Below are positions 61,851 through 64,000 of a stretch of 64,000 nucleotides of DNA, piece by piece; position 1 is the first letter of the stretch; every line of letters begins with the position of its first letter. Source of the stretch: Lama glama. Taxonomy: Eukaryota. The notes under the pieces were generated by a model, which worked only from the letters and a program-made list of their open reading frames with translations, searched no databases and was not told where the DNA came from. The stretch spans positions 10,294,001-10,358,000 of the forward strand of contig CM052832.1 of assembly GCA_028534125.1 (NCBI GenBank), read 5' to 3'. The position numbers and the translations under genes are program-made.

Positions 61851-64000
61851 AATCTCAACTGTCAGAAACAAGGCAAGGATGGAGGAGGAGGGAGAATTGA
61901 TGGAAACAACAACTAGTGATGCCTACCCCCTGGCTTGGTAGGAGCTGAAGGGGTGTGTGTGTACTTGGGAGTGGGGACAGGTGAGATTCCATGGGGTTGA
62001 GCTGGAACCAGCAGTTCCCTCTGAGTCAATGATTTGCACTTGGCATAGAAAGGCCTGGAGACGTATAGGTTGTGCTAAGCCAGAAAGTATGCAGGAAAGC
62101 TTGGAAAGAATACCAGATCTGGGCAGTTCAGAGTTGAGGTGGTAGAACAGAGTCAAGACCCAAGTCTGAAAGCCAGGCCAAGTCAATCTGCACTAGAACA
62201 GCTCCTTAGCAGCCCACCTGGCGTGAAAGCTGGTTTTCCTGAGCTGGCAGACGCAGGATACAAGTAGGTAGGCTCGGCTGAAAGACCCAGGATTGAGGCA
62301 CAACGTTTGTCTCGGGCTGTCTCCTGCCTTTAGGAACTTCCAGGCTTACCATTTACCAGGGAACATGGCTGACAGCTGTGAAACAAAGAGAGGCCCTTTC
62401 TGTCTTAGGCTGGTTCTCAGTGTAACATGAATTCCTGTTCTGCCTCAAGGTTCTAAGCCAGGGGAGACTAAGGTCCTCCAGTAGCAGCTCTTTGCCTCAG
62501 GGGTGCTATCTTTCAAGATAATGCCCCTCGCCAATATTTACTGAGCATTTACTATGTATATAATTCTGTTTGTTTTCCCTGTATTATTAAAGCGTTCAAC
62601 AGCTCCATGGAACAGATACTGTTGTTATCGTCCCCATTTTATACATAAGAAAACGGTGTTGCTGAGAGGTCAGTCAGCTTTCTCCAGGTCTCGCACAGCT
62701 AGGAAATGGTGAGCAGACATTCAGAGATAGGCCGTCTGATGCCAAAGCTCAGGGCAGTGCTGCATTGCCTCCCAGGCAGCAACGCTTTTCTGCGGAAGAG
62801 ATTCTTGTTCATCTGTCTAAGAAGGTGGGTGCACTGATGCTGGAGAGGGGTGCTGATCCTGTGCTGGGTGGTCCTCACCTCTCTGTGCCTCAGTTTCCAC
62901 ACTTGTGAGATGAAATGATCACCTGATAGTCTCTAGAACCCTTCCTGCCCAGAGGTCCATGAACAGTCCTCTAGAAGGCAAGACAACCATGGTTGATGCT
63001 TGGAAGAAGTTAAACTCTTTCTGGCTCTTAAATCTTAGCCGTGCAGAATCCTCACAGACGCAGTGACAAAGTGCACCCAAAAAACCCCCCAGAACATCTC
63101 AAATGCTGTTGACAGGAAGATTCCCAGCAGGAGGACTGGGCAAGGGGCATGGAGCCAATGCGTGTCTCTCATGATTCTCTTCCTTAGGAAGACGCAGGGA
63201 GCGTGAGCAGGCTGGTTCATTATAACTGTATTTACTGCATTGATTTCCGTTGCTTTGACGAGGAAAACTTCCAACAGGAGATGCAAATTGCCTTGGGACC
63301 TACAAATCTTGCTAGCACAGCCCTGGCAGCCTCAGACCAGAGCAACCAGTGTGGTGATTTCTTCTCCTCTGAAGAGGTATCTCTGAGTTTTGGAGTGAAG
63401 TGAGAGAAGGGTCCAGGGCCATGGGGTAGGGTGATCCAGCCCTGTGGGCTTGGCCTCAGGAATCTGGTGAGGAACTCAGCTTCCCAATCTGTGGTCTCCC
63501 AACGTGCTGCTGTGGATCAGACAGCTGGCTTCACCACCAACCTTGAACAAAATACTTGACCTCTGTAGCCTCAGTTTCCTCATCTGTGAAATGGGGATCA
63601 TAGCAGTACTTACCTCATCAAATTACTATGCAGAGTAAATGAGTTACTCTAGGTAAAGCACCTAGAATAGCAACTGGTTCATGGTAAAGTGCTACAGAAA
63701 TGTTGGCTCTAAAAATCTTTCCTTACCAGACTGGAAGCTTCCTAGGGGCAGGGATCTTGACTCCCTGTATAACATCATGCCCATAGTGCCTACCACCATG
63801 CCTGGCCTGCAACAGAGCCTCAACATCTAAAAATAGCATTCATATCTATGAATGATAAATAGATGAGTGATGAGAGTGCTTTACAAACTGGTAAATGCGA
63901 CTCAGGAGTCTGACAGAATTATTATCTATTACTAGTTGTGATCACCTGGTTTCTCCTGGGAGTCTCTGGTAGCTCAGAAACTGGAGGGTATAGAACACCT

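Noticed and set aside
1..64000. CRISPR arrays, prokaryotic operons, rRNA or snoRNA genes
   Set aside because: This is eukaryotic intron-exon DNA. I found no regularly spaced repeat-spacer arrays and no RNA gene I could support.

Overview
Mammalian genomic DNA, very probably camelid: it carries four copies of a tRNA-Ala-derived Vic-1-type SINE, and I saw no Bov-A/Bov-tA, PRE-1 or Alu copies. It is syntenic with human 6p21.1 (OARD1-APOBEC2-TSPO2-UNC5CL). The window holds the last three coding exons of OARD1 (+; one intron has a GC-AG donor) and a complete, intact APOBEC2 (-; 224 aa, two coding exons plus a 3'UTR exon, muscle-type MEF2/E-box motifs). It also holds a TSPO2 orthologue (-) that is a unitary pseudogene, with two nonsense codons, two frameshifts and a destroyed splice donor. 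A 500-N assembly gap sits where UNC5CL is expected, and I found no UNC5CL coding exon. The remaining ~35 kb is repeat-rich intergenic DNA (L1, L2, MIR, MaLR LTRs, hAT DNA transposons), including a ~5.9 kb decayed class I endogenous retrovirus with both LTRs, a tRNA-Leu PBS, a PPT and gag/pro/pol/env remnants. The main finding is loss of the erythroid cholesterol-handling gene TSPO2 in a lineage known for unusual erythrocytes. All homology comparisons are from recall of the human proteins and repeat consensi, not database searches.
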